Assembly (NCBI GenBank): GCA_964642505.1
Contig: CAZXQY010000004.1
Span: 1 to 60,829, forward strand
Reading direction: 5' to 3'
Length of the DNA stretch: 60,829 nt
From: an uncultured Gammaproteobacteria bacterium
Lineage (GTDB): Bacteria > Pseudomonadota > Gammaproteobacteria > Ga0077536
Shown here piece after piece: positions 8,343-18,383 of this stretch; within the stretch, counting starts at the first letter, position 1, and each line of letters starts with the position of its first letter. The notes beneath the pieces are model-generated. The model had not been told where the DNA came from, searched no databases, and saw nothing but the letters and a program-made list of their open reading frames with translations. The translations under genes were made by a program, and so were the position numbers.

Positions 8343-10565
8343 ATGACGAAGCTACTTGAATACCCCATTTGTTTTCTATTTGCTACGTTGATATTAGTAG
8401 GTATATCAGGTGATACGAATGCTTCGTCTAAGAGTGCGATTGCCGGGGCAAGCAAATTGTCAGCTAAATTGGACGGCGACTTAGGGGCGACCGATCTTTT
8501 TGATATTGCTAATAAGGTCGGACCCTTTATAGATGAAATCAGAAGGGCTGACCCGAGTGCTCGCTCGTTAAAAGAAATGAAACGTATTTTGAATGACATG
8601 AGGCAAAAGACATCCTCCAAGGTTGCGGAGATAGAGGCGTCGATGGGGGATAATGAAGGTCAGTTGGAACGACTCTATCGTTCGCAAGAATGGGATGATA
8701 TGAGTTTTGCGTTGGCTGCTTTTCCATATTGGAGAGCGTGGATTGATTTAGAATTAGCTTATCGAGAGCAAAATATCGGGATAATGGGGGCAGAAAAAAC
8801 GACTGCTTTACTACCGGCGGAAAAAGGCTTTAGAGGGGCTTCTTTGCAGTTTTATAGGCCAGGCTTGGTCTATGGCGGTTGGTTAGGTTTAGGTTATATA
8901 GAGCTGGCAAAAAAAAAGTTTGAGAGAGCCCGCCAAATTTTTGAGAGTTTAGAAGTTGCGCTAGCCGGCGAAGAGTCTCCGATAATGGAGGTCGTACGGG
9001 CTGAACTCGAATTACTCGACGCTCGGAGTGGTAAGGTTTCTAATGTAACCGATCTCGGGTTGATCGACGATGATAAAGCGAGGATATTGCGACTTGAAGC
9101 CTTTGGGCTTTTAAAGGAGAGCAGGGCTTCTGGTGGGAGACCGTTAGAGGCTGCTAAACGACTTAATGCCCTGATAAAGGCAGGCTATATCGACCAATCT
9201 TTGATTAACGATATGATGATTTATGCTCAGGAAATATCAGGAGTCAAAGTTGGTTATTATACCGACCTTGCGGGCGCTGAATTTGCTTTAAATAACAACC
9301 ATTATTATAACGCGATGCAAAAGTATCAGTACTTCTTTAGCAATAACATCGCCCCACGGAAAGTTGATTTTAGTAACTATCGGTATCGTTGGGCATTAAG
9401 TGCTTTCAAGGCGAAAATTTACCAACCTGCGATCGATATCTTAGAAAAGTTGCAACGTAAAAAGAATCTGAACCAGGAACTTGACGTAGCTTCGGCCAAG
9501 TTACTTTATGCAATCTATGCAGCTAAGGAAGATGGCGGAAGTTCGTCTGCTCGAAATAGAAAAAATCTTAGGAAAGCTGCGAGGCGTTTTGTTAGGAAAA
9601 GTCCAAATGATCCAGACGCCGACAGCGCTCGCTTGTTGATAGCTCAAACTACTAGTAATGCGAAATCTGCTTTACGATCTCTCGACCAGATTTCTTCTAA
9701 CAAACTAAAAGGAGATGTTGGAAGAACAGCTTTCACGATACTGGCAAAGGAATTCAGTCGATATGTGAGACGTTCCAGTATAAAAAAGGCTAAAGGATTG
9801 GCAACCGAAGGTATCGCCGCATTCAAAGAATTGCCGAAAACCGATAGATCTGACCCGTTTTATTTTTCTGTTGTTTTACAAATGAGGGCTCTAGTTGACC
9901 CTAAACCAGAGGATGTCCTCGTCGCGATTTCACAAATAGAGGAAAAAGAACCTAAGAACCTAGATATTAGGAGGGCGCTCGTTTGGTCCAGGTTACAAAT
10001 CTATAACCGGATGGGTGGCACTAATGTTGAAAATTATATAAGGACCCTAGCGTCCTCTAAAATACCTGGCTGGCAGATGGAGTTCTTATACCCTTTTGTG
10101 GATGGGATGAAAAATGCCAGCTTACGCCTCAGCTTGGCGAAGCTGCTACATCCTTCAGCTAAATCACAGCCTGATATGGATAAGAGAATTTGGTCGACCA
10201 TAATTGATAGTATGCTTGAGTCGGGTTTGGTTGAGGATGCCTATGGAGATGCTATTAAATTTACCAAAGCCTATCCCTCTTCAGGGGATGCGTGGAGGTT
10301 GCTCGGTCGTAGCGCGGAGCGAGTAGATAAACCCTTTGAGGCTGATAGAGCATGGGGGGTGATCACTAAGAAGGCTATTCCTACCCAGGAAGTATGGTGG
10401 GAAGGTATGATAAGTCGGGCTAGAATCCGATCGGATCGGAGAATGGATCAGGCATGTAGTCTTTTGAAAAAAATGATTAGAAGTGAAGAGCTTGTTCCTA
10501 AAACTCAGAAAAAACAGTTCGGACAGTTGAGGTCTAGTCTAGACTGTTCGGTGGAGACTGGATAG
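8343..10565 (+). CDS. Large exported helical-repeat (TPR-like) protein
   Basis: Likely start MTKLLE with signal-like hydrophobic stretch (ORF track starts at 8289); TPR-like segments WLGLGYIELAKKKFERARQIF, YRWALSAFKAKIYQPAIDIL, YPSSGDAWRLLG. Confidence 0.6.
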   Translation: MTKLLEYPICFLFATLILVGISGDTNASSKSAIAGASKLSAKLDGDLGATDLFDIANKVGPFIDEIRRADPSARSLKEMKRILNDMRQKTSSKVAEIEASMGDNEGQLERLYRSQEWDDMSFALAAFPYWRAWIDLELAYREQNIGIMGAEKTTALLPAEKGFRGASLQFYRPGLVYGGWLGLGYIELAKKKFERARQIFESLEVALAGEESPIMEVVRAELELLDARSGKVSNVTDLGLIDDDKARILRLEAFGLLKESRASGGRPLEAAKRLNALIKAGYIDQSLINDMMIYAQEISGVKVGYYTDLAGAEFALNNNHYYNAMQKYQYFFSNNIAPRKVDFSNYRYRWALSAFKAKIYQPAIDILEKLQRKKNLNQELDVASAKLLYAIYAAKEDGGSSSARNRKNLRKAARRFVRKSPNDPDADSARLLIAQTTSNAKSALRSLDQISSNKLKGDVGRTAFTILAKEFSRYVRRSSIKKAKGLATEGIAAFKELPKTDRSDPFYFSVVLQMRALVDPKPEDVLVAISQIEEKEPKNLDIRRALVWSRLQIYNRMGGTNVENYIRTLASSKIPGWQMEFLYPFVDGMKNASLRLSLAKLLHPSAKSQPDMDKRIWSTIIDSMLESGLVEDAYGDAIKFTKAYPSSGDAWRLLGRSAERVDKPFEADRAWGVITKKAIPTQEVWWEGMISRARIRSDRRMDQACSLLKKMIRSEELVPKTQKKQFGQLRSSLDCSVETG

Positions 10566-10622
10566 GGGTAGATTTACGGTTGATCCTGATCGATAAAATA
10601 AACCTGGATAGAGGTAAAAACG

Positions 10623-12005
10623 ATGGTTCATATAAAAAAGTATGATGTAGATTTTAGTAAGAGAAAGTTTTTAGAGAATACCGCCGCTGGGTTTTTAGGC
10701 GCGGGTGTACTTTGCCCAGTGTGGAGCGCGCTTGCTGAAAACGGAGATTTTTCTGCTTCGTATCCTGACGAGTTACTATCTATCGAAAACTATACGAAAG
10801 GGGCACTTAAAACAGGAGATACTATAGATGCTAGCAACGTAGATTTGCTTCAAGACCTTTTAGATGGCGTTCGCTATACCCAAATCAAACAGATGGGCAG
10901 AAAATTGGAGATCGTTCCGGTTACTACCGACATGACGAAACTGAGTCCGGTGGAGTATACTGAGGCAACCCTGCGTAACAAAGGTTTGGCGAAGTTTGAT
11001 TCGAAAGGGAATGTTGTTGTGGGAGGCGGGAAACCTTGGATAGGAGGAACACCTTTTCCGGAACCGACCAGCGGGGTAGAGTTATTTGCGAACATTACCT
11101 TAACGTGGGGTAGGCACGATGTTTCTTTTTATCCTGTGAAAAGTTATGAACAAGATAAAAACGGTAGAATAGGGTACAAGTATGAATTGGGATGGATAGA
11201 ATTTGCCCCTGTCGGTCGTGTGAAGGTTGAACCGACGCCATATTGGCCGGGTCACGAGGATAAATTGCGATATCAATCTGTTTTTTTCACGATCCCTCAA
11301 GATTATAAAGGTTCGGCATTTCTAAATACCTGGCATTACGATCAAACAAGATTTCCGGAATTATTGGGTTATCTACCGCAATTCAAACGAGTTCGAAATT
11401 TCCCTACAAGCCAACGTTTTGAACCCTTACTACCTGGGTCGCATTTGTATTTCTCGGATGCTTGGGCAGCAGGAGATCCTTACCTCACTTGGGGTAACTT
11501 CAAGATAATAGGACGTGGGCCGTTTTTGGCAGGACTCACGGAGAATTGGGATTCCAGTGATGAGAACTGGGAAGGTACTACTCATGGGGGCGCTAAAGGC
11601 GATACTTTTTGGGATACCAAAGTGGAGCTAATACCGGAGGCCATCGTTGCTGAAGCTGAACCGACAGGTTACGCAAGGGCGCCTGTAAGCAAAAAGCGGG
11701 TCTGGTTCGACGCTCGAACAGGGTTGCCTCTGATGATGCTTACGTTCGATCGAAAAGGGGAGATGTGGAAAACATTTGATGGTGCCTATTCTGTTTATGA
11801 CAACAAGGGTAAACAGGTTATGGACGGAGCGTACCCATATTGGTCTTGGACTCACGTACACGCTTTCGACATACAGAGCAGCCATATGTCCAGACTCAAG
11901 CAAGTTCGAAAGATAGCCGGAGGACATACTTGGTGGGTCAATAAAGGGACAGAGATTTATAACAAATTTTTGACGAAGTCTGCTTTACGAAGAATGGGAA
12001 CATAG
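10623..12005 (+). CDS. DUF1329-family periplasmic protein (LolA-like fold) with Tat-like signal
   Basis: SKRKFL plus hydrophobic leader; GDTIDASNV, PFPEP, YLPQFKRVR, FDRKGEMWK motifs typical of DUF1329. Confidence 0.8.
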   Translation: MVHIKKYDVDFSKRKFLENTAAGFLGAGVLCPVWSALAENGDFSASYPDELLSIENYTKGALKTGDTIDASNVDLLQDLLDGVRYTQIKQMGRKLEIVPVTTDMTKLSPVEYTEATLRNKGLAKFDSKGNVVVGGGKPWIGGTPFPEPTSGVELFANITLTWGRHDVSFYPVKSYEQDKNGRIGYKYELGWIEFAPVGRVKVEPTPYWPGHEDKLRYQSVFFTIPQDYKGSAFLNTWHYDQTRFPELLGYLPQFKRVRNFPTSQRFEPLLPGSHLYFSDAWAAGDPYLTWGNFKIIGRGPFLAGLTENWDSSDENWEGTTHGGAKGDTFWDTKVELIPEAIVAEAEPTGYARAPVSKKRVWFDARTGLPLMMLTFDRKGEMWKTFDGAYSVYDNKGKQVMDGAYPYWSWTHVHAFDIQSSHMSRLKQVRKIAGGHTWWVNKGTEIYNKFLTKSALRRMGT

Positions 12006-12012
12006 TTAACAA

Positions 12013-13902
12013 TTAAGACGCTAGGTTTTCCAATTCTGCCCAACGGGTCAAAGCTTTTTCTAGCTGTAAATTTAGAGCAGTAATTTCTTGTAGAACAGGC
12101 TGTTGCTCGTCATAAGATTTCTTGTGAAAGTTAGAATTCTCTAGTTCGGAGTTCAAGATCGCAATGTCTGATTCGAGTTTCGAGATTTTATCAGGAAGTA
12201 GTGCCAACTCTCGACTTAATTTATAGCTAAGTTTTTGCTTTTGATTTTTTACTTGGATCGTTTTAGTTCTTGCGGATATTCTATTTTCGTGATGCTTGTC
12301 TTTGGAAGATAGTTCCCGACCTTTTGCGAGCCAATCCGAATATCCACCGGGATAGTTCGCAATCTCGCCTGACGACTCAAAGACGAGTGTCCTGTTAGCT
12401 ACATTATCTAGGAATTCGCGGTCGTGACTAACGATCATCAAAGTACCTTTGTAATTGGCTAGCTGCTTTTCTAATACCTCAAGGGTTTCTACATCGAGGT
12501 CATTAGTCGGTTCGTCTAGTACTAAAAGGTTCGCTGGTTTTGTAAGGAGTCGGGCCAGAATTACCCTATTTTGTTCTCCCCCTGACAAAAATTTAACAGG
12601 TGTCATAGCTCGGGCAGGAGAAAAAAGAAAACCCTTCAAATAACCTATCACGTGCCTAGGCTTGCCGTTAATAGAGATATAGTCTTGTTCATCACCCACT
12701 ATTTCTGCCACTGTCTTATCAGGATTGAGTTGTTCTCTTGTTTGGTCGAAGTAAGCGATCTCAAGATTTTCAGAGAATTTTATGCTACCGCTTTGAGGTT
12801 CGAGTCGTCCTATTAACAACTTAAGAAGAGTGCTTTTACCTACGCCATTGTTACCAATTAAGGCTAAGCGTTCTCCTTTCATGATCTTGATTGAAACATT
12901 GTTGATTAATGTTTTATCGTTACGAAATGAATAACAGATTTTTCTAGCTTCAACTATTTTTCGGCTAGATTGAGTGGCTTTTTGGATAACGATTTTAGCG
13001 CTACTTTCAGGTTTGACTCTGTTAGAACGTTCGACCCTGAGTTTTTCTAAATTCCGGACTCTGCCTTCGTTACGGGTACGTCGGGCTTTGATACCCTGAC
13101 GAATCCAAACTTCTTCTTTTTCTAAATTTTTGTCAAATAGGGCGTTGCTTTTTCTTTCTTCATCAAACGATTTTTGCTTCAATAGTGAATATTTTTTATA
13201 GTCACTCGGCCAGCTTCTTAGTGTTCCCCTATCTATATCAACAATCCGCGTTGCAAGGTTTTGGAGGAGCTTTCGATCATGTGTGATAAAAATAATGCTC
13301 CCTTTAAATCCTTTTATCTGATTTTCCAGCCATTCCACCGCTTCGAGATCTAAATGATTAGTCGGTTCATCCAACAGCAGTACATCGGGAGTACTTACTA
13401 GCGCTTTAGCTAAAGACACTCGTCTTTGCCATCCGCCCGACAATTGATTTAATTTAGCCTCTGCAGGTAAATCGAGATTACTCATGATCCGCGCTGCCTG
13501 GGTGGTAGTATTCCAACCGCCGAGTGCTTCAATCCGACGTTGCATTGCCTCGAGCTTTTGCAACTGCTTTGTTCCGGTGCTTTTTTTTGTTTCCTTTTCG
13601 TATTCGTTTATTAAAGTTTCTTGTTTTTCTAATCCTTTGCTCACAAATTCCTTCACAGATAAGCCAAGCTCTTCGGGTAGAGCCTGTTCTAGTCTTCCGA
13701 AATTGATATCTTGCTGCAAAAGAATATCTCCTTCATCTGGATCTATTTCCCCCATTATTAATCGAAAAAAGGTTGATTTACCGGATCCGTTACGACCAAT
13801 GAGGCAGACTTTTTCTCTTTCTTCGAGAGAGAAGCTGGCCTCCCGAAAAATCACTTGGTCTCCGAAAGATAAGCCTATTTTATTGAGTGAAAATAAAGGC
13901 AA
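12013..13902 (-). CDS. uup: ABC-F family ATPase Uup
   Basis: Two ABC domains (GRNGSGKS, GNNGVGKS), WIRQGIKARRTRNEGRVR linker, KLSYK C-terminal coiled coil. Confidence 0.92.
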   Translation of the reverse strand: MPLFSLNKIGLSFGDQVIFREASFSLEEREKVCLIGRNGSGKSTFFRLIMGEIDPDEGDILLQQDINFGRLEQALPEELGLSVKEFVSKGLEKQETLINEYEKETKKSTGTKQLQKLEAMQRRIEALGGWNTTTQAARIMSNLDLPAEAKLNQLSGGWQRRVSLAKALVSTPDVLLLDEPTNHLDLEAVEWLENQIKGFKGSIIFITHDRKLLQNLATRIVDIDRGTLRSWPSDYKKYSLLKQKSFDEERKSNALFDKNLEKEEVWIRQGIKARRTRNEGRVRNLEKLRVERSNRVKPESSAKIVIQKATQSSRKIVEARKICYSFRNDKTLINNVSIKIMKGERLALIGNNGVGKSTLLKLLIGRLEPQSGSIKFSENLEIAYFDQTREQLNPDKTVAEIVGDEQDYISINGKPRHVIGYLKGFLFSPARAMTPVKFLSGGEQNRVILARLLTKPANLLVLDEPTNDLDVETLEVLEKQLANYKGTLMIVSHDREFLDNVANRTLVFESSGEIANYPGGYSDWLAKGRELSSKDKHHENRISARTKTIQVKNQKQKLSYKLSRELALLPDKISKLESDIAILNSELENSNFHKKSYDEQQPVLQEITALNLQLEKALTRWAELENLAS

Positions 13903-13923
13903 CGTGACTAGCTCTGTCGGTAC

Positions 13924-14502
13924 CTATTGTGTGCTAGATGAGTTTAAGATCGATACGTTTGTGATCGTAATGGGAGAAGTTGGTACGTCTTGCATTCCGT
14001 TGAAATGGCCTGTCGGAGTTTCGCCAATTCGATCGATGACCTCGAGGCCAGAGGTCACTTTAGCAAATACTGCATAGCCCCAACCGCTTTGATTTTTTCC
14101 TTTGTGATCTAGGAAATCGTTGTCTACCAGATTGATAAAAAATTGGGAGGTGGCGCTGTCAGGATCGGGAGTCCTAGCCATCGAGAGGGTGCCGCGGGAA
14201 TTTTTAAGACCGTTATCTGCTTCGTTCTTAATTGGCGGAAGAGTTTCTTTTCTATTCATTGGATGTTCAAATCCACCCCCTTGTATAACGAAGCCGGGTA
14301 TGACTCTATGGAAAATCGTGTTGTTGAAAAATCCCGAATCGACGTATTTCATAAAATTCTCGGAAGTCGCTGGTGCGTTTTCTAAATCTAGAGAGATAGT
14401 TATATCTCCGCTAGTGGTCTGAATAAGAATCAGTTTTTCAGAAGCAGGGGTGCTACCAAAAAGGGCTAGAAGGAAGGTGCTTAGGGTAATTTTATGGATC
14501 AT
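13924..14502 (-). CDS. ppiA: Cyclophilin-type peptidyl-prolyl cis-trans isomerase with signal peptide
   Basis: FHRVIPGFVIQGGG, MART-DPDSATSQFFIN. Confidence 0.88.
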   Translation of the reverse strand: MIHKITLSTFLLALFGSTPASEKLILIQTTSGDITISLDLENAPATSENFMKYVDSGFFNNTIFHRVIPGFVIQGGGFEHPMNRKETLPPIKNEADNGLKNSRGTLSMARTPDPDSATSQFFINLVDNDFLDHKGKNQSGWGYAVFAKVTSGLEVIDRIGETPTGHFNGMQDVPTSPITITNVSILNSSSTQ

Positions 14503-14550
14503 CGCTTGTCCTTTTCAGTTGTAAGTCTCAGTGAACGCTTGAATATTTAG

Positions 14551-15330
14551 TTATTTATGTTGTTCTTTTCGTAAAAAAATCGGCGTACTTTCTGAAGAAC
14601 TCGTACCATCTAGGTAGTATCCGCCAGAGCAAAAATCACCAATATCCGAAGGCTGTTTTATTCGACTCTCAATCAAGAATTTCGCCATCATCCCTCTTGC
14701 TTTTTTTGCGTAAAAAGAAACCACCTTGAATTTTCCGTTTTTTTCATCCTTGAATATTGGTGTGATTAACTCTGCATCAAGTTTCGCTTTGTTAACCGCT
14801 TTAAAATATTCTTCCGAGGCAAGGTTAACCAAGAATCGAGATTGGGTTTCTCGAGCATGTTTATTGAGCAACTTAGTAATTTCATCGCCCCAAAAATCAT
14901 AGAGCGTTCTTCCCTTTTCGGTGAGTAGTTTGGTTCCCATTTCTAGTCTGTAAGCTTGCATCGTATCCAACGGTCTTAGAAGGCCGTATAGGCCAGACAG
15001 AATACGTAAATGTTTCTGGGCGTACTCGATGTCTTTTTTATCGAGTGAATAAGCGTCTAGCCCGGTATAGACATCTCCCATAAAAGCATAGATAGCTTGC
15101 TTGCAACTCGATTTCCTATTTTGTTTTGACCATCTCTGATAACGTTCCACGTTTAAGGTTGCTATCTTATCGCTAATGTTCATCAACGTAGTAATTTCGG
15201 ATTTTGTCTTTTTCCGCATAATTTCTATTAAATTTTCTGCCTCTTCTAGCATTAACGGATTGCTGTGCTTAGCAACAGTCGGAGGAGTCTCAAAGTCTAG
15301 CGTTTTAGCGGGTGAGATCGTAATTAGCAT
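14551..15330 (-). CDS. yaaA: Peroxide-stress protein YaaA
   Basis: ISPAKTLD, LSGLYGLLRPLD, NLASEEY, SFYAKKARG. Confidence 0.95.
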   Translation of the reverse strand: MLITISPAKTLDFETPPTVAKHSNPLMLEEAENLIEIMRKKTKSEITTLMNISDKIATLNVERYQRWSKQNRKSSCKQAIYAFMGDVYTGLDAYSLDKKDIEYAQKHLRILSGLYGLLRPLDTMQAYRLEMGTKLLTEKGRTLYDFWGDEITKLLNKHARETQSRFLVNLASEEYFKAVNKAKLDAELITPIFKDEKNGKFKVVSFYAKKARGMMAKFLIESRIKQPSDIGDFCSGGYYLDGTSSSESTPIFLRKEQHK

Positions 15331-15570
15331 GCTTAAAAACCTGATCGATTACCTTTAACATACTCTATTTTCGTTATTTGTGACCTCAAAGTGAAGCGTT
15401 TTAGCATTTATGTTCAAATTAAATTGGGTTTTAGTGTTAGTCTTTTGTTTAGTTTAAAAATATTCGGAGTATTGGGTTAAAATAGCGGGAGGACACAGCA
15501 CTTGCCCAGTAAGCTTTTTCCTCTTCGTGAGGGTAATTAAAATCAGTTATTAAGTTAAGGGAGCTATCTC

Positions 15571-16905
15571 ATGAATTTGCAGGCTGCTCGTAAATTACTG
15601 AAAGACAACGATGTAAAATACATTTTGGCACAATTTGTCGATATACACGGTGTGGCGAAAACGAAATCAGTTCCAGTGTCTCATTTTGAGACTATCCTAA
15701 AAGAAGGCGCTGGTTTTGCAGGTTTTGCAGCTTGGGGACTTGGAATGGAGCCTCATGATCCTGACTTTATGGCTGTCGGTGACTTAGATAGCCTGTCATT
15801 GGTTCCTTGGCAAAAAGGTTATGCTCGAATAGTTTGCGACGGACATGTCAACGGGAAACCTTATCCTTACGATACTAGATTGGTGCTAAAAAAACAGATT
15901 GAACGCGCCCAAGAGATGGGTCTCACGTTTAATGTTGGAATAGAGCCTGAATTCATGCTGCTGAAATATTCTGAGGGAAGTGAGGTTGAAGTGGCAGATT
16001 CTTCCGATAAGCTCGAAAAACCTTGTTACGATTATAAAGGTCTGTCCAGGAGTCGGGTGTTCCTAGAGCAACTCATTACCTCTTTACAGGAAGTTGATTT
16101 TGACGTGTATCAAATCGATCATGAGGATGCAAATGGACAATTTGAAATAAACTATACCTATTCGGATGCTCTTTCGGCCGCCGATAAGTATGTATTTTTC
16201 AGGATGGCCGCAGGTGAAATTGCTCGCGAATTTGATTTGATTGCGACGTTTATGCCAAAGCCCTTTAGGAATAGAACGGGAAATGGGATGCACATGCACG
16301 TGTCTGCTAAAAAGGGTAGCAAAAAGAATGCTTTTGAAGATAAATCTGACAAACAAGGTTTAGGTTTGTCGAAACTAGGTTATTATTTCCTAGGTGGGAT
16401 TTTAAAACATGCACAAGCGCTAACTGCTTTATCGGCCCCGTCTGTGAATTCTTATAAGAGGCTGGTTGTTGGAGAAAGTTTGTCTGGTGCGACTTGGGCC
16501 CCAGCCTATGTTACTTACGGAGATAATAATAGGAGTGCTATGGTTCGGGTTCCGTTTGGTCGATTGGAGTATCGGTTGGCAGATGCAAGCTGTAACCCTT
16601 ATTTGGCTATGGCGGCTATGCTAGCGGCTGGTTTGGATGGAATTAAAAATAAGGTTGCAGTAGGGCCTGCCATGAATGTAAATCTTTACAATATGACGGA
16701 GACTCAATTGAAGGAGCATAAGATTTCTGTCTTGCCTCAAAATTTGGGTTTGGCACTTCAGGAGCTCTCCGATGACCAATTTTTCAAGCGAGAGCTAGGA
16801 GACTCTATTGTCGAAGAATTTCTCAAGGTCAAGAGAATGGAATGGGTGGAATATTGTCGACACGTTTCTGATTGGGAAAAAGATAGATATGTTGAATTTT
16901 ACTAG
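15571..16905 (+). CDS. gmaS: GlnT-type glutamate-amine ligase / probable gamma-glutamylmethylamide synthetase
   Basis: [48 protein letters not shown]. Confidence 0.75.
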   Translation: MNLQAARKLLKDNDVKYILAQFVDIHGVAKTKSVPVSHFETILKEGAGFAGFAAWGLGMEPHDPDFMAVGDLDSLSLVPWQKGYARIVCDGHVNGKPYPYDTRLVLKKQIERAQEMGLTFNVGIEPEFMLLKYSEGSEVEVADSSDKLEKPCYDYKGLSRSRVFLEQLITSLQEVDFDVYQIDHEDANGQFEINYTYSDALSAADKYVFFRMAAGEIAREFDLIATFMPKPFRNRTGNGMHMHVSAKKGSKKNAFEDKSDKQGLGLSKLGYYFLGGILKHAQALTALSAPSVNSYKRLVVGESLSGATWAPAYVTYGDNNRSAMVRVPFGRLEYRLADASCNPYLAMAAMLAAGLDGIKNKVAVGPAMNVNLYNMTETQLKEHKISVLPQNLGLALQELSDDQFFKRELGDSIVEEFLKVKRMEWVEYCRHVSDWEKDRYVEFY

Positions 16906-16912
16906 TGTTTAT

Positions 16913-18304
16913 TTATGACCATTGAGCGGGAATCATAAACATCGCGACAGAACATACACAAAAGCAAATCGCCGCTACCATAAACGTGTAACCGACAACG
17001 TCACCAAAACGAAGCCTGGTAACGGCTAAAATCGGGATCGCGAAAAAAGGTTGTATTAAATTGGTTGTCGAGTCTCCGTAGGAGTAGGCTAGCAGTGTTG
17101 TAACGACTGAGACATCTAGTTTTTCAGCGGCTGGTATTAGAAAAGGTGCCTCTATCATCCATTTGGATCCGGCCGAAGGTACAAAAAGGTTCATTAAGCC
17201 GGAATAGGCGTAGACCACCCAAGGATAGGTATTGGTAGTCGCGATTTCCGCGAAGAAGTTTCCTAACCAGTCACCTAGGTTCGTTTTTTGAAGCAGGCCG
17301 AAAATCCCAGCATAAAACGGGAATTGAACTATGATTCCCCACGCCGAGTCTACACCATTCCGACAAGCTCTTAGAAACGACGGTGCCTTACCATGGAGTA
17401 ACAAGGCGAGTACTAGAAAACTAATATTATAGGCGTTGATAGTCCAACTGGTCCCGAAGCCTTGCTTGACTATGGAGTGCCCAAGAGGATATAGAAGTAA
17501 TACCACTGCTAATAAAACCCAGCCGCGGAACTGGTCGATATACTCCGCTGGGTTGGTTGGTTTCTTTGTTTCTGGAGGAAGCTCCGGCATAATTTTTTCT
17601 ACTTCCTCTGGAGATAAAGTGCGTACATTGTTTTTGGGATGGAGTAGGCAAGTAGCGATTAGACCTATCGTTCCAATAATTACCAAAAAAACCAAATTAA
17701 AGGGGTTGTAAAGAGTTTCGGTTACTGGATAAAGCCTGTCTACCACTGAGACGGTCCCTTCCGAAGCTACTAGTAAAGGGTTTCCGGGTGTGGCAAGAAT
17801 TAGAGGAGCTGAACCAGATAATCCACCGTGCCAAACGGTGCCTAAACCAAGATAAGACGCACAAATCAGTACCCTAACGTCCACCTTTGGATTTTTTTTC
17901 AGGATAAAAGGTGTAAATAATGCACATGACACCAGGCATAGTGCCCAGTTCAGATAGCCTGTGATAATCGAAAAAATACCCGCTAGTAGCAACGCGTGTA
18001 CCGGCTTTTCTGGATCAGGTATTGACGATAACCAGCTAAATAATTTGTGCACAGGGCGAGACGATACGCAAGCGGAGGCAGCAACCATCGCGATAGTGAA
18101 TTGCATCGCTAAGCTTAGCAAGTTCCACACTCCTTCACCCCAGGCTAATACGGTTTCTTCGACGGTCGCACCAGCCCCAAAAATGCAAAGTAAAATGGCT
18201 ACTGTAGTTAGTATCATACAAATGACCCAAGCATCCGGCACCCATCGTTCTGTGAACACAGAAAGGCGTGCGCCTATCGCTCTAAAACCTGAAAGGATTT
18301 CCAA
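16913..18304 (-). CDS. atoE: Short-chain fatty acid transporter (AtoE family)
   Basis: WVPDAW, WHGGLSGSAPL, QFPFYAGI, NLFVPSAG, NLIQPF. Confidence 0.85.
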   Translation of the reverse strand: MEILSGFRAIGARLSVFTERWVPDAWVICMILTTVAILLCIFGAGATVEETVLAWGEGVWNLLSLAMQFTIAMVAASACVSSRPVHKLFSWLSSIPDPEKPVHALLLAGIFSIITGYLNWALCLVSCALFTPFILKKNPKVDVRVLICASYLGLGTVWHGGLSGSAPLILATPGNPLLVASEGTVSVVDRLYPVTETLYNPFNLVFLVIIGTIGLIATCLLHPKNNVRTLSPEEVEKIMPELPPETKKPTNPAEYIDQFRGWVLLAVVLLLYPLGHSIVKQGFGTSWTINAYNISFLVLALLLHGKAPSFLRACRNGVDSAWGIIVQFPFYAGIFGLLQKTNLGDWLGNFFAEIATTNTYPWVVYAYSGLMNLFVPSAGSKWMIEAPFLIPAAEKLDVSVVTTLLAYSYGDSTTNLIQPFFAIPILAVTRLRFGDVVGYTFMVAAICFCVCSVAMFMIPAQWS

Positions 18305-18383
18305 TTTTTGATCCTCCTGTTGAACTAGGGTACATTTTCCTTAGGTTTTAAGATTGATTCAACTGCTTTAGGAAGCTTAATCG

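Noticed and set aside
13484-14077. 197-aa plus-strand ORF and the many other 60-180 aa overlapping ORFs in the track
   Set aside because: Antisense or out-of-frame shadows of well-supported genes, with no recognisable motifs
15491-15505. Sigma54-like site GGACAC-AGCAC-TTGC upstream of gmaS
   Set aside because: The invariant -24 GG is GA at the required spacing
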